DNA from: Candidatus Bathyarchaeota archaeon | GTDB taxonomy: Archaea; Thermoproteota; Bathyarchaeia; 40CM-2-53-6 | Length of the DNA: 64,000 nt | NCBI GenBank assembly: GCA_963833125.1 | Contig: CAWHWX010000019.1 | Coordinates: 64,001-128,000, forward strand | Reading direction: 5' to 3' | Shown: one piece after another, positions 31,872-41,358 of the stretch | Layout of the letters: every line of letters begins with the position of its first letter | How positions within the stretch are numbered: position 1 is the stretch's first letter | Program-made: the position numbers and the translations under genes | The notes under the pieces: model-generated | What the model was told of the DNA's origin: nothing | Databases searched by the model: none | Seen by the model: only the letters and a program-made list of their open reading frames with translations

Positions 31872-32152
31872 TGCGCATTACGCCGCAGAATATTCTTAGG
31901 CACGAGTTAATTGGACTGACTGTCCGCGTGACCCAAGCGACAGACCCTTCCTTCAAGGGTATTCGAGGAACAGTTGTGGACGAGACCAAGAACATGCTCA
32001 AGATACTAGGCCCCGAGAAGGCCCTTATGATCCCGAAGGAGATTGCGACTTTTAGGTTCAACCTACCGAGCGGGATCCGGGTTGATGTCGACGGAGAACG
32101 GTTAGTGGCTCGACCCGAGAGCAGACTCAAGACTAGAGTTAGGCGATGGTAA
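31868..32152 (+). CDS. rnp1: Ribonuclease P protein component 1 (Rpp29)
   Basis: NILRHELIGL..GIRGTVVDETKNML..RPESRLK. Confidence 0.93.
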   Translation: MMRITPQNILRHELIGLTVRVTQATDPSFKGIRGTVVDETKNMLKILGPEKALMIPKEIATFRFNLPSGIRVDVDGERLVARPESRLKTRVRRW

Positions 32153-32481
32153 TGTCAGACCTCGGAATAGGTGCGATTGCACCAAAGAAAGCTTGCGATG
32201 ATCGTAACTGCCCGTTCCATGGCGGTCTATCGGTGCGAAGAAAATTCCTCGACGGGCGAGTAGTAAGCGCAAAGATGATGAAAACGGTAACAGTGGAAAG
32301 GGATTACCAACAATACGATCCGAAGTATATGCGGTATGAAAAACGTCGAAGCCGAATTTTGGCCCACAGTCCGCCGTGCCTAGAGGTGCGGGAAGGTGAC
32401 AGGGTTAAGGTTGCTGAATGCAGACCGATCAGCAAAGAAGTCGCCTTTGTAGTCGTAGAGAAATTAACAGGAATTTCTTGA
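32152..32481 (+). CDS. rps17: 30S ribosomal protein uS17
   Basis: CDDRNCPFHG, KYMRYEKRRS, AECRPISK. Confidence 0.97.
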   Translation: MSDLGIGAIAPKKACDDRNCPFHGGLSVRRKFLDGRVVSAKMMKTVTVERDYQQYDPKYMRYEKRRSRILAHSPPCLEVREGDRVKVAECRPISKEVAFVVVEKLTGIS

Positions 32482-32556
32482 CGTAACGACACAATTCTAA
32501 CAACATAACCTTAATTTGTTGCAGCAACGTTCAGCAGCGCCTTACGTGAAGGAAAA

Positions 32557-32994
32557 TTGCCAGCCCCCAAGACTAGAGCTGTCAGCGCCAAGGGAATGGT
32601 AGAGTATCGGCCGCGTATTGCACGGGGGCTACCAAACGGAAGCCGCATCAACTGCGCCGATAACACTGGCGCCAAGGAATTGAAAGTTATACAGGTTCTC
32701 GCTCACCACACCCGCCTTAGGCGAGTTCCCTCAGCCTGCGTTGGCGACATGATCATGGTTTCGGTATCGAAGGGAACGCCGGACTTGAGAAGGCAAATGT
32801 TCCCGGCAGTCGTCGTTCGCCAAGTTCGAATTTTCAGGCGCCCCGACGGAACTAGGCTCTCTTTTCATGACAATGCAGGAGTTATCATGACTCCCGAGGG
32901 CGAGTTGAAGGGCACCGAAATTCGTGGACCAGTGGCGAAAGAAGCAGCAGAACGATGGCCTAGAGTAGCCAACCTCGCAAGCATAATCATCTGA
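32557..32994 (+). CDS. rpl14: 50S ribosomal protein uL14
   Basis: CADNTGAK, FHDNAGVI, GTEIRGPVAKEAAERWPR. Confidence 0.97.
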   Translation: MPAPKTRAVSAKGMVEYRPRIARGLPNGSRINCADNTGAKELKVIQVLAHHTRLRRVPSACVGDMIMVSVSKGTPDLRRQMFPAVVVRQVRIFRRPDGTRLSFHDNAGVIMTPEGELKGTEIRGPVAKEAAERWPRVANLASIII

Positions 32995-33004
32995 GGGAAC
33001 ATGG

Positions 33005-33388
33005 ATGAACGTACGCCGACCCTCAAAGCAACGAAAGAAAAACTATAACGCCCAAGGCCAAGCCCTCAGAAAGCTACTTGCCGCATCACTTTCCGAAGAA
33101 TTGCAGACGACCCAAGGAAGAAGATCCTATCCTGTTCGGAAAGGGGACACCGTGAAAATCCTACGAGGGGATTACGCGGGAGTTGAAGGAAAGGTAAATG
33201 ACATCGACACCCGCGGCCAACGATTGTTCGTCGAAGGAGTCTCGCGGGAAATGACATCAGGCACCTCAACCAACGTATCAGTTCACAGTTCGAAGGTCAT
33301 GATTACCAAACTCAACCTCGACGACAAATGGCGAACAGAATCAATCAAACTAACGCAGACAAAACCAAGCAAGGAAGGCACTGAATAA
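33005..33388 (+). CDS. rpl24: 50S ribosomal protein uL24
   Basis: PSKQRK, RSYPVRKGDTVKILRG, VHSSKVMITKL. Confidence 0.97.
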   Translation: MNVRRPSKQRKKNYNAQGQALRKLLAASLSEELQTTQGRRSYPVRKGDTVKILRGDYAGVEGKVNDIDTRGQRLFVEGVSREMTSGTSTNVSVHSSKVMITKLNLDDKWRTESIKLTQTKPSKEGTE

Positions 33389-34131
33389 TGGCACGCAAAG
33401 GCGGACTCCGCCACCTAAAGAGACTAGCCTCCCCGGCCTTCTGGCCCATACATAGAAAGGAATCCCCATGGGTGCCGAAACCGAATCCTGGAGCGCACGG
33501 ATCCTCGCTCTGCCTCCCGCTAGAACTCATCGTCAGGGACGAACTGAAACTCGCGAAGGATCGCCGAGAAGTATCGAAGGTACTCGCTGGAGGAAAGGTA
33601 AAGGTAGATGGGAGATCGAGACTTGAGAAGAATCACCCCGCGGGCCTTATGGATGTAATCGAATTTACAGACACGAACCTAACATACCGAATGCTGCCGG
33701 TGAAGGGCAAGGGTCTTAGCCTCATTAAGATTTCAAAAGAAGAAGCCAAGTTCAAACTCTGCAAGATCCTACGAAAAAGAACAGCGCCGAAAGGGCTCAT
33801 ACAATATGGAACGCACGACGGGCGAAGTCTCAGCGTCCCACCGACGGACACGCAGGCAGCAGCGTACTCAACTAACGACACCTTGCGAATCAGTATACCC
33901 ACGCAACGAGTACTGAACCACATAAAATTTGAGAAGGGCAACTACGCTTTGGTCACAGCCGGCCGCAACCTTGGGAAGAGCGGCAAGATTGTGGAAACAC
34001 AACCCGGAACCGCTACCCGCCCTGCTATGGTGAGGATAGAAGACGACACTGGAAACAAGTTCGATACAGTACTCGCCTACACATTCGTGGTCGGCACCGA
34101 CAAACCAGCCATAAAATTGGAGGCAGCTTAG
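33388..34131 (+). CDS. rps4e: 30S ribosomal protein eS4
   Basis: HLKRLASP, PNPGAH, VKVDGR..PAGLMDVI. Confidence 0.97.
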   Translation: MARKGGLRHLKRLASPAFWPIHRKESPWVPKPNPGAHGSSLCLPLELIVRDELKLAKDRREVSKVLAGGKVKVDGRSRLEKNHPAGLMDVIEFTDTNLTYRMLPVKGKGLSLIKISKEEAKFKLCKILRKRTAPKGLIQYGTHDGRSLSVPPTDTQAAAYSTNDTLRISIPTQRVLNHIKFEKGNYALVTAGRNLGKSGKIVETQPGTATRPAMVRIEDDTGNKFDTVLAYTFVVGTDKPAIKLEAA

Positions 34132-34134
34132 GCC

Positions 34135-34674
34135 ATGCAAACCGTAACCGAAACGATACACGAAAATCCGATGCGAACCATCAAACTCGCGAAGGTCACA
34201 GTGCATATGGGAGTAGGGAAATCGGGCGAAATGCTCGAGAAAGCAAAGAAAATAATTACCGAGCTGACCGGTCAAAAACCCTGCACCAAACAAGCCAAGA
34301 TGACGATAAAGGAGTTTGGCATACGTGAAGGAGAACCAATCTCCTGCCTGACAACCCTGCGAGGTGAAAGGGCCGCCACATTTCTGAAACGAGCGCTCGA
34401 TGCAGTGAATAACTCAATTAAGCGATCAAGCTTCGACGAAAATGGAAACTTTGCTTTCGGCATAAAGGAACACATTGAGATTCCAGGCACTAAGTACGTG
34501 CCGGAGTTAGGCATCATCGGAATGGATGTTGTCGCAACCCTCGAACGCCCCGGTTTCCGGGTTAAGAGAAGAAGGATCAGGCCTTCCAAAATCGGCAAAT
34601 CTCAAAGAGTAACACGAGAAGACGCAATCAAATTCGTTACAGACAACTTTGGGGTACAAATTAGCGAGGCCTAG
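34135..34674 (+). CDS. rpl5: 50S ribosomal protein uL5
   Basis: [37 protein letters not shown]. Confidence 0.97.
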   Translation: MQTVTETIHENPMRTIKLAKVTVHMGVGKSGEMLEKAKKIITELTGQKPCTKQAKMTIKEFGIREGEPISCLTTLRGERAATFLKRALDAVNNSIKRSSFDENGNFAFGIKEHIEIPGTKYVPELGIIGMDVVATLERPGFRVKRRRIRPSKIGKSQRVTREDAIKFVTDNFGVQISEA

Positions 34675-34679
34675 ATAGA

Positions 34680-34844
34680 ATGGCCAAGATAAAAGCGAAA
34701 AAGGTTCGAAAGTACGGAAAGGGCAGCAGGCCATGCAGACGATGCGGCCAATACGGCCCCGTCATCCGAAAGTACGACCTCTACCTCTGCCGACAATGCT
34801 TTCGGGAACTAGCGCCGGCCCTGGGCTTCAAGAAATACATGTAG
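34680..34844 (+). CDS. rps14: 30S ribosomal protein uS14 (missed by the ORF track, 54 aa)
   Basis: [54 protein letters not shown], with zinc-finger CxxC..CxxC. Confidence 0.97.
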   Translation: MAKIKAKKVRKYGKGSRPCRRCGQYGPVIRKYDLYLCRQCFRELAPALGFKKYM

Positions 34845-34855
34845 GTTGGGAAATT

Positions 34856-35407
34856 TTGGTCATCGTCGAATTAATCGAAAGGAACCTTCCGATTCCCGAA
34901 GGAGTTCAACTCAGCGTCGAGGGACGGAGAATTAAAGCCACGGGACCAAAGGGAGAGCTGGAAGAAGACTTCGCACACCTACCCGTTCAGTTTGAATTAA
35001 AGGATCAGACACTAAGAATCTTTGCGCCATGGGCAAGAAAACGTGAAGTCGCGCTCGTTGGCACAGCCCTAGCTCACGTTAGAAATATGATCCGCGGCGT
35101 GACCTCAGGCTACACCTACAAACTCAAGATTGTGTACGCGCACTTCCCGGTGACTGTAAAGGTAATCGAGAAGGAAAAGAAACTTACAATAGACAACTTC
35201 ACGGGCGAGAAGACTTCACGTGTCATTAAAATCGTTGGAAATGCCAAGGTGAAGGTCGCAGGCGACGAACTACACGTCCAAGGAATCAGCCTCAGCGATG
35301 TAAGCCAAACCGCGGCGAACATTCAAGACGGAACCAGGATACCAGACAAAGACCAGCGCGTCTTCCTAGATGGAATATACATCTTCGAGAAGAATGAGGG
35401 AATGTAA
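34856..35407 (+). CDS. rpl6: 50S ribosomal protein uL6
   Basis: IPEGV..GPKGEL, NMIRGVT.GY.YKLKIVYAHFP, KDQRVFLDGIY; TTG start at 34856. Confidence 0.97.
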   Translation: MVIVELIERNLPIPEGVQLSVEGRRIKATGPKGELEEDFAHLPVQFELKDQTLRIFAPWARKREVALVGTALAHVRNMIRGVTSGYTYKLKIVYAHFPVTVKVIEKEKKLTIDNFTGEKTSRVIKIVGNAKVKVAGDELHVQGISLSDVSQTAANIQDGTRIPDKDQRVFLDGIYIFEKNEGM

Positions 35408-35962
35408 ATGTCATACAAAAGACCCCACTTCGTCCGAGAGGAGAGTTGGCGCTACAAGCGAGTTAAGCCACCCTGGCGAGCCCCGCACGGCAAGACAAGC
35501 AGAGTCAGACGCAGCAAAGAAGGATGGCCACCCGTAGTAAAGATAGGTTACTCGAGACCGAAGGCAACGCGCGGCCAACACCCGTCAGGCCTCAAAGAGG
35601 TCATGGTATGGCGACCAAAAGACCTGGAGGGGATCGATTCAAAGACTCAGGCCGCAAGAATAGCTCATACGGTAGGAGAAAACAAGCGGGTACAGATTCT
35701 GGAAGATGCAAAGAAGGCTAACATCAGAGTTCTAAACCCAGGGCTGAAGAAACCGGCGGAAGTCGTGCCCGAAACAGTTACAGAACCCACAGAAGCCACC
35801 GTTGAAACCGAAGCTCCACCTGAATTGGCTGCCGAAACTAAAACCGGCGTGACTGAAGAACCCGCACCAAAATCAGAGACGAAGGAAACAGAAAAGCCCG
35901 GAAAGAAAGAGTCTAAGAAACGCCGCACCGGTAAGAGTGGCAAGAAGAAGGGTAAGAAATGA
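35408..35962 (+). CDS. rpl32e: 50S ribosomal protein eL32 with a long E/T/K-rich C-terminal extension
   Basis: KRPHFVREESWRYKR..WRAPHG..KIGY..HPSG..RIAHTVG..RVLN. Confidence 0.95.
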   Translation: MSYKRPHFVREESWRYKRVKPPWRAPHGKTSRVRRSKEGWPPVVKIGYSRPKATRGQHPSGLKEVMVWRPKDLEGIDSKTQAARIAHTVGENKRVQILEDAKKANIRVLNPGLKKPAEVVPETVTEPTEATVETEAPPELAAETKTGVTEEPAPKSETKETEKPGKKESKKRRTGKSGKKKGKK

Positions 35963-36402
35963 GCGTCGTAAGCCAGAAACGATTGGCGGCTGAAATCCTA
36001 AAGGTCGGCCGCAGCAGAGTCTGGGTCGACCCAGAGGACACCGATAGAGTGTCATCAGCGATAACTCGCGAGGAAATCCGCAAACTCATTCACGAGGGCA
36101 GCATCAAGAAAGTACCCCAAATCGGAATCAGTCGAGGAAGAAAGCGGGCACGGCGAGAGGAACTGTTGGCTGGGCGCCACAAAGGCCCAGGTAGTGTCAA
36201 GGGAAGCACTACTCATCGTAAGAGGCGATGGGTGATTCGAATAAGGTCGATTCGGAACAGACTCCGGACATTGCGTGACAAACGATTCATAACTACACAG
36301 GTTTACAGGAAGCTTACACTCATGGCCAAGGGCGGAACCTTTCGGAGTGGGGCACATTTGGACGAGTACATAGAAACGCACAAGTTGTCGAGGAGACGCT
36401 AA
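35959..36402 (+). CDS. rpl19e: 50S ribosomal protein eL19
   Basis: QKRLAAEILKVGRSRVWVDP..AITREEIRKLI. Confidence 0.97.
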   Translation: MSVVSQKRLAAEILKVGRSRVWVDPEDTDRVSSAITREEIRKLIHEGSIKKVPQIGISRGRKRARREELLAGRHKGPGSVKGSTTHRKRRWVIRIRSIRNRLRTLRDKRFITTQVYRKLTLMAKGGTFRSGAHLDEYIETHKLSRRR

Positions 36403-36403
36403 A

Positions 36404-37042
36404 ATGCAAACCGCACAAACACAAAGAGCTGAGGCCGGCTGGGTTCCCAAGACCAAAGTCGGCAAAATGGTCCAGAGCGGAGAAATAGTCTCGCTCGAAG
36501 ACATCTTTACTCAAGGACTGAAGATGAAAGAACCCGAGATAGTCGACGTATTACTGCCAGGCTTAAGGCAGGAAGTTCTCGGCATTGGGTTCGTACAGAA
36601 ACAAACTGACGCAGGCGAGAAGTCACGATTCAAAGCAGTGGTTGCTGTTGGGAATGGAACCGGCTTCCTCGGTGTTGGTCAAGGTAAGGCTAGACAGGTG
36701 CGTAGTGCGATTGACAAAGCAACTCTAGCTGCTAAGCTAGGCGTCGTTCCAATACGACGCGGATGCGGAAGTTGGGAGTGTGGTTGCGGCCAAGCTCACT
36801 CGATCCCATTCAGGGTAAGAGGCAAGTGCGGCAGCGTGGCAATCGAGGTTCTACCCGGACCTAGAGGGCTCGGACTCGTTGGGGGAGAAACTCCAAAGAT
36901 CATTCTCACATTAGCTGGCATTAAGGACTGCTGGACTAGAAGCTTTGGATCGACGAGCACAGTGGGCTCAATGGCGTTCGCAGTTTACGAGGCGCTCCGG
37001 AGCACCTACGGCATCGTCGCACCGAAAGACTGGGTTGTTTAG
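36404..37042 (+). CDS. rps5: 30S ribosomal protein uS5
   Basis: WVPKTKVG, QKQTDAGEKSRF, RGCGSWEC, PGPRGLGLV. Confidence 0.97.
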   Translation: MQTAQTQRAEAGWVPKTKVGKMVQSGEIVSLEDIFTQGLKMKEPEIVDVLLPGLRQEVLGIGFVQKQTDAGEKSRFKAVVAVGNGTGFLGVGQGKARQVRSAIDKATLAAKLGVVPIRRGCGSWECGCGQAHSIPFRVRGKCGSVAIEVLPGPRGLGLVGGETPKIILTLAGIKDCWTRSFGSTSTVGSMAFAVYEALRSTYGIVAPKDWVV

Positions 37043-37047
37043 CCGAC

Positions 37048-38253
37048 CTAGATTACGCCCAACGCCTTACCGGTCTTCTCAAACGCTTGGAGCGCAATAT
37101 CCAAGTCAGCCTTCGAATGCCCAGCATTCATGATCGTCCGTATCCTTGCCTTATCGCGGGCGACCATAGGAAACACGATGGGTAGCGCAAAAACGTTCTC
37201 GTCGAAGAGCATCTCACTCATCTTGCGAGCCGTCGAACTCTGACCAACGATAACAGGGGTAATTGGTGTCTCGCTAGCACCTGTATCAAAGCCCAAACTG
37301 CGCAAACCAGTCTTGAAGTAACGTGTATTCTCCCAAAGCCTCTTCAAATGCTCAGGCTCGTGCTCAATGACCTCAATGCTCGCCTTACATGAAGCAACAA
37401 CACTCGCCGGGTGAGAACCACTCAGCAACCAAGTTCTCGACTTATTCAACGCATAATTTACCAAGTCTTTCGAGCCGGCAATGTAGCCACCCACGACGCC
37501 GAACGCCTTAGAGAAAGTGCCCATCTCCACGTCTACCTTTCCCTCGATGTGGAAGTGTGAAGTAATTCCTCGACCCGCATCTCCGAGAACTCCATCTCCA
37601 TGGGCGTCGTCGATGTACGTCATTGCACCATGTTGCGCTGCGAGCCTAACAATTGCGTCGGCAGGCGCGATATCGCCATCCATGCTGAAGACGCCGTCAG
37701 TAACAATCAAAATATGTTTGTAATTCTTCGTCTCAGCATCATCCAATACACGCTTAAGATCATCTGCGTCACGGTGTTTGTAGACGGTTCTCTCGGCACG
37801 GCTGAGACGAACACCATCAATTATGCTTCCATGGTTGAGTTCGTCACTGATTATCAGATCCCCTTCACTCGCGAGTTGTGGGATCAGACCTGCGTTCACT
37901 GCAAACCCCGTTGAATACGCTAGGGATGATTCAGTGCCCTTGTACTTGGCGAGGGCTTGTTCAAGCTCGATGTGTGCTTGCATTGTTCCGGCAATCGGCC
38001 GAACAGAACCAGAGCCAGCTCCGAACTTCTCTATTGCATCCAGAGCGGCTTTCTTCACTTTTGGATGGTTGGTTAGGTTAAGGTAGTTGTTCGAACACAG
38101 CATCAGAACTTTTCTGCCCGAAACGATAGTCCAAGGTCCGTTGCTGCTCGCGAGGATGCGTACTCGCCAATCAAGGTCCTCCGAAACCAACCTATCGTAT
38201 TCCTGGCGCAAAAAAGAACGCGGGTCTCTCTTGACACTTGACGGCAATGCCAT
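37048..38253 (-). CDS. kbl: Glycine C-acetyltransferase (2-amino-3-ketobutyrate CoA ligase) / 8-amino-7-oxononanoate synthase family
   Basis: CSNNYLNL, GAGSGSVR, SDELNHGSIIDG, TDGVFSMDGD, DDAHG, GTFSKAFG; paired with tdh. Confidence 0.88.
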   Translation of the reverse strand: MALPSSVKRDPRSFLRQEYDRLVSEDLDWRVRILASSNGPWTIVSGRKVLMLCSNNYLNLTNHPKVKKAALDAIEKFGAGSGSVRPIAGTMQAHIELEQALAKYKGTESSLAYSTGFAVNAGLIPQLASEGDLIISDELNHGSIIDGVRLSRAERTVYKHRDADDLKRVLDDAETKNYKHILIVTDGVFSMDGDIAPADAIVRLAAQHGAMTYIDDAHGDGVLGDAGRGITSHFHIEGKVDVEMGTFSKAFGVVGGYIAGSKDLVNYALNKSRTWLLSGSHPASVVASCKASIEVIEHEPEHLKRLWENTRYFKTGLRSLGFDTGASETPITPVIVGQSSTARKMSEMLFDENVFALPIVFPMVARDKARIRTIMNAGHSKADLDIALQAFEKTGKALGVI

Positions 38254-38363
38254 AAGATCTCAACTATTGCCTGAGTCCAGAGATGTTGCCAAAATAGGTT
38301 TGCCCGTGGAAGCTGCAGGCAAAACATAAAGGTTGAACGCGTCGTTAGAACGACGAACCGATT

Positions 38364-39392
38364 GTGAAGGCATTCGCGAAGATTCGCCCCGAACCTGGCT
38401 TAAAGGAAATTAAGGTGGATCAACCTCAGCCGGGCTATCGTGAGGTTCTCGTCAAGGTGAATGTGACCTCAGTTTGTGGGACGGATTATCACATTTACAG
38501 CTGGGACGAGTGGGCGCAAGCGCACATAAAACCTCCACGCATCATCGGGCACGAATTCGCAGGCGAAGTCGTAGAACTGGGACCGGACGTGACCACGCGA
38601 AAAGTCGGAGATATGGTCGCCGCGGAGAGCCACATCGCATGCGGCACCTGTTACCAATGCCGAACTGGCAACGCTCACATATGTGAGCGACTTCGGATAA
38701 TAGGAGTCGATGTCGACGGATCGTTTGCGGATTACGTCAAAATTCCCGAGCAAAACGCGTGGCCAATTCCAAAGGAAGTACCGACCGAAACCGCATCAAT
38801 TCTCGAACCTCTGGGAAACGCTGTGCACGCAGCCTTTGCGGCTGACATCGCAGGAAACGACGTCACAATTTTCGGCTGCGGCCCAGTAGGCCTCTCAGCA
38901 GTTGCTCTAACGAACGTTTCGGGCGCTCTTTCAGTTACAGCTGTTGATGTTAACGAGTACAGGTTGAAGCTTGCTGCTCGAATGGGAGCCTCGAAGACCA
39001 TCAACTCCAAGGAACGAGACGCCGTGGCGGAGATTCATGCCGATACCGAAGGACGCGGCGCTGGAGTAGTTCTAGAGATGTCAGGAAACGAAGTCGCCAT
39101 TGGAAATGCATTTCGCGCAGTGCGCAACGGCGGGACCGTGATACTGTTTGGGCTTCCATCGAGAGAGGTGAAGCTGAACGTTGGCGATGATCTGATCTTC
39201 AAAGAAGCTCATGTTCGCGGCATCGTGGGGCGCGAGATCTTCAGGACTTGGTATAAGGTCGAGGCTCTCCTAAAGTCGGGAAAGGTTGACCTGCGGCCGT
39301 TGATAACTCATCGAATGTCGCTCAACCAACTCGATGAAGCAATGAAACTAGTTGGTTCAGGAGATTGTGGTAAGATCGTGCTAACCCCGTGA
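38364..39392 (+). CDS. tdh: L-threonine 3-dehydrogenase
   Basis: CGTDYHIYSWDEWAQ, GHEFAG, ESHIACGTCYQC, EPLGNAVH, LEMSG, ITHR, CGKIVL. Confidence 0.92.
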   Translation: MKAFAKIRPEPGLKEIKVDQPQPGYREVLVKVNVTSVCGTDYHIYSWDEWAQAHIKPPRIIGHEFAGEVVELGPDVTTRKVGDMVAAESHIACGTCYQCRTGNAHICERLRIIGVDVDGSFADYVKIPEQNAWPIPKEVPTETASILEPLGNAVHAAFAADIAGNDVTIFGCGPVGLSAVALTNVSGALSVTAVDVNEYRLKLAARMGASKTINSKERDAVAEIHADTEGRGAGVVLEMSGNEVAIGNAFRAVRNGGTVILFGLPSREVKLNVGDDLIFKEAHVRGIVGREIFRTWYKVEALLKSGKVDLRPLITHRMSLNQLDEAMKLVGSGDCGKIVLTP

Positions 39393-39465
39393 TGCCGGAA
39401 ACATTTATCTTAGGCACTTCTGAACCTCGCGTGATTCAATTAACGATCGAGTGAAGGTTGTCCAG

Positions 39466-39927
39466 TTGGCCACAAGGTTGAGGAAAGGGCGTCGTCTAAG
39501 GGCTTCACGTACTCACGGTTGGGGTACATCTGGCCAACACAGAGGAACCGGAATGCAGGGAGGAGCCGGCATATCTGGAAGATACAGAGGCAAGCGGTCG
39601 CGCTTGATCAGAACCGGGGAATTCGCCCATATGCACTACAAGGGGAAGAAAGGCTTCACTCCTGTTTCTGCAAGCAAGGATCCCGGGCGGACTTTGGACC
39701 TGTGGCAACTATCAAGCTTGGTTGACAAACTAGTTGCTGAGAAGAAGACCCAAACAACGGGGGAAAAGATTGTGGTGGACCTAAAGGAACTTGGGTTCAG
39801 GAAACTGCTTGGGTCAGGTTCCATCTCGAGACCTGTTCAAGTGAAGGTGGACAAGTGTTCTGAAGGTGCCGCGAAGAAGTTGAAGGAAGCCGGCGGAGAA
39901 TTGATCAGCGCTACGGCCGCCAAGTGA
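39466..39927 (+). CDS. rpl15: 50S ribosomal protein uL15
   Basis: SRTHGWG..HRG.G..GGAG, KLLGSG, AAKKLKEAGG. Confidence 0.95.
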   Translation: MATRLRKGRRLRASRTHGWGTSGQHRGTGMQGGAGISGRYRGKRSRLIRTGEFAHMHYKGKKGFTPVSASKDPGRTLDLWQLSSLVDKLVAEKKTQTTGEKIVVDLKELGFRKLLGSGSISRPVQVKVDKCSEGAAKKLKEAGGELISATAAK

Positions 39928-39933
39928 ATTTGA

Positions 39934-41355
39934 ATGGTCCGTTTCATCGAGCTCTTCAAACCGATTGCTCGTTTCTTCCCTGACATTAAAGCGCCCGACA
40001 GGAAAGTTGCCTTTAATGAAAAGATTTTCTGGACCGCTATCGCGCTCATCATCTACTTCGTAATGTCGCAAACCCCTCTCTACGGAATCGGCAACGCGGG
40101 GCTAAACGACCCTCTAGGCTCGCTTAGAGTAATCTTCGCTTCAAACCGCGGCACGCTTATGGAACTTGGAATCGGACCCATAGTCACCGCCGGCCTGATT
40201 CTCCAAGTCTTGGCAGGCTCGAAGATGGTGAACATTGATATGAGCAACCCCGAGGACCGATCGCTATTCACCAGCGCGAGCAAGATTCTTTCAGTCGTCA
40301 TGACTATTTTTGAGGCTTCAGCATACATACTCGGAGGAACCTATGGCTCCATCCCCGTCACGACGGAAATGGTAATCATGCTTCAACTCGTCGCGGCAGG
40401 ACTTATCGTACTGTTGCTTGACGAGCTCCTTCAGAAAGGCTGGGGGCTGGGAAGCGGAATCAGCCTCTTCATCGCCGCCGGAGTGGCATCCACAATTTGG
40501 TGGGATTCAGTAGCACCGATGGGACCAATGTCAGACGGCAAGTACCTAGGCGCGTTAATCGCCTTCTCCCAGGGAGTCAGCGGTGGCCTCGTCGGGGTAC
40601 GAACGGTCCTCTCGCACACGGGAGGTCTCCCAGATATGGTCGCGTTCATGACGACGCTAGGCGTCTTCGCAATCATAATCTACTTCAACGGCATGCGTGT
40701 TGAAATCCCCGTCTCATATGCAAGGTACCGTGGCTTCCGTGGAAAATTCCCATTGAAGCTATTCTATGTCTCAAACATTCCAGTAATCTTCGCAGCCGCC
40801 CTCTTTGGTAACATCTACTTCATTTCACAACTGATCTGGCAGAGGTACAACAATCTCAACGCCAACTTCTGGCTAAACCTGGTTGGCACCTTCACCGTCC
40901 AGGGAACTCAATATCAACCGTCGGGTGGACTGGTCTATTACGTCGTTCCCCCTCAGAGCCTCCAGCTCACGCTTACCGATCCGTTGAGGGCGTTGGTGTA
41001 CTTGGGTCTGTTAATCATGGGCTGCGTATTTTTTGCGGTGACATGGGTGGAGGTTGGAGGCATGGATTCCCGAACTGTTGCCAGGCAGTTGCTGGATTCG
41101 GGGATGCAGATCGAGGGGTTCAGGCGATCTGAAGTCCCAATAAGACAGATCCTAGACCGGTACATTCCAGTTGTTACAATTCTGGGTGCTATCCTCATTG
41201 GCCTAATCGCTGGAGTGGCGAACTTCCTTGGAGCATTCGGTTCTGGAACTGGCATCCTTCTAACGGTGGGCATCATAGAGCAATACTATCAAATCTTCGT
41301 GCAAGAGAGGATCACGGAACTTTACCCAGCCGCCAGAGGGTTCCTGGGTGAATAG
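39934..41355 (+). CDS. secY: Preprotein translocase subunit SecY
   Basis: GTLMELGIGPIVTAGLILQ, KGWGLGSGISLFI, KLFYVSNIP, GTGILLTVGI. Confidence 0.98.
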   Translation: MVRFIELFKPIARFFPDIKAPDRKVAFNEKIFWTAIALIIYFVMSQTPLYGIGNAGLNDPLGSLRVIFASNRGTLMELGIGPIVTAGLILQVLAGSKMVNIDMSNPEDRSLFTSASKILSVVMTIFEASAYILGGTYGSIPVTTEMVIMLQLVAAGLIVLLLDELLQKGWGLGSGISLFIAAGVASTIWWDSVAPMGPMSDGKYLGALIAFSQGVSGGLVGVRTVLSHTGGLPDMVAFMTTLGVFAIIIYFNGMRVEIPVSYARYRGFRGKFPLKLFYVSNIPVIFAAALFGNIYFISQLIWQRYNNLNANFWLNLVGTFTVQGTQYQPSGGLVYYVVPPQSLQLTLTDPLRALVYLGLLIMGCVFFAVTWVEVGGMDSRTVARQLLDSGMQIEGFRRSEVPIRQILDRYIPVVTILGAILIGLIAGVANFLGAFGSGTGILLTVGIIEQYYQIFVQERITELYPAARGFLGE

Positions 41356-41358
41356 GCG

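Noticed and set aside
34733-34855. N-terminal extension of uL6 in the ORF track
   Set aside because: It is an out-of-frame overlap with rps14; L6 homology begins at TTG 34856.
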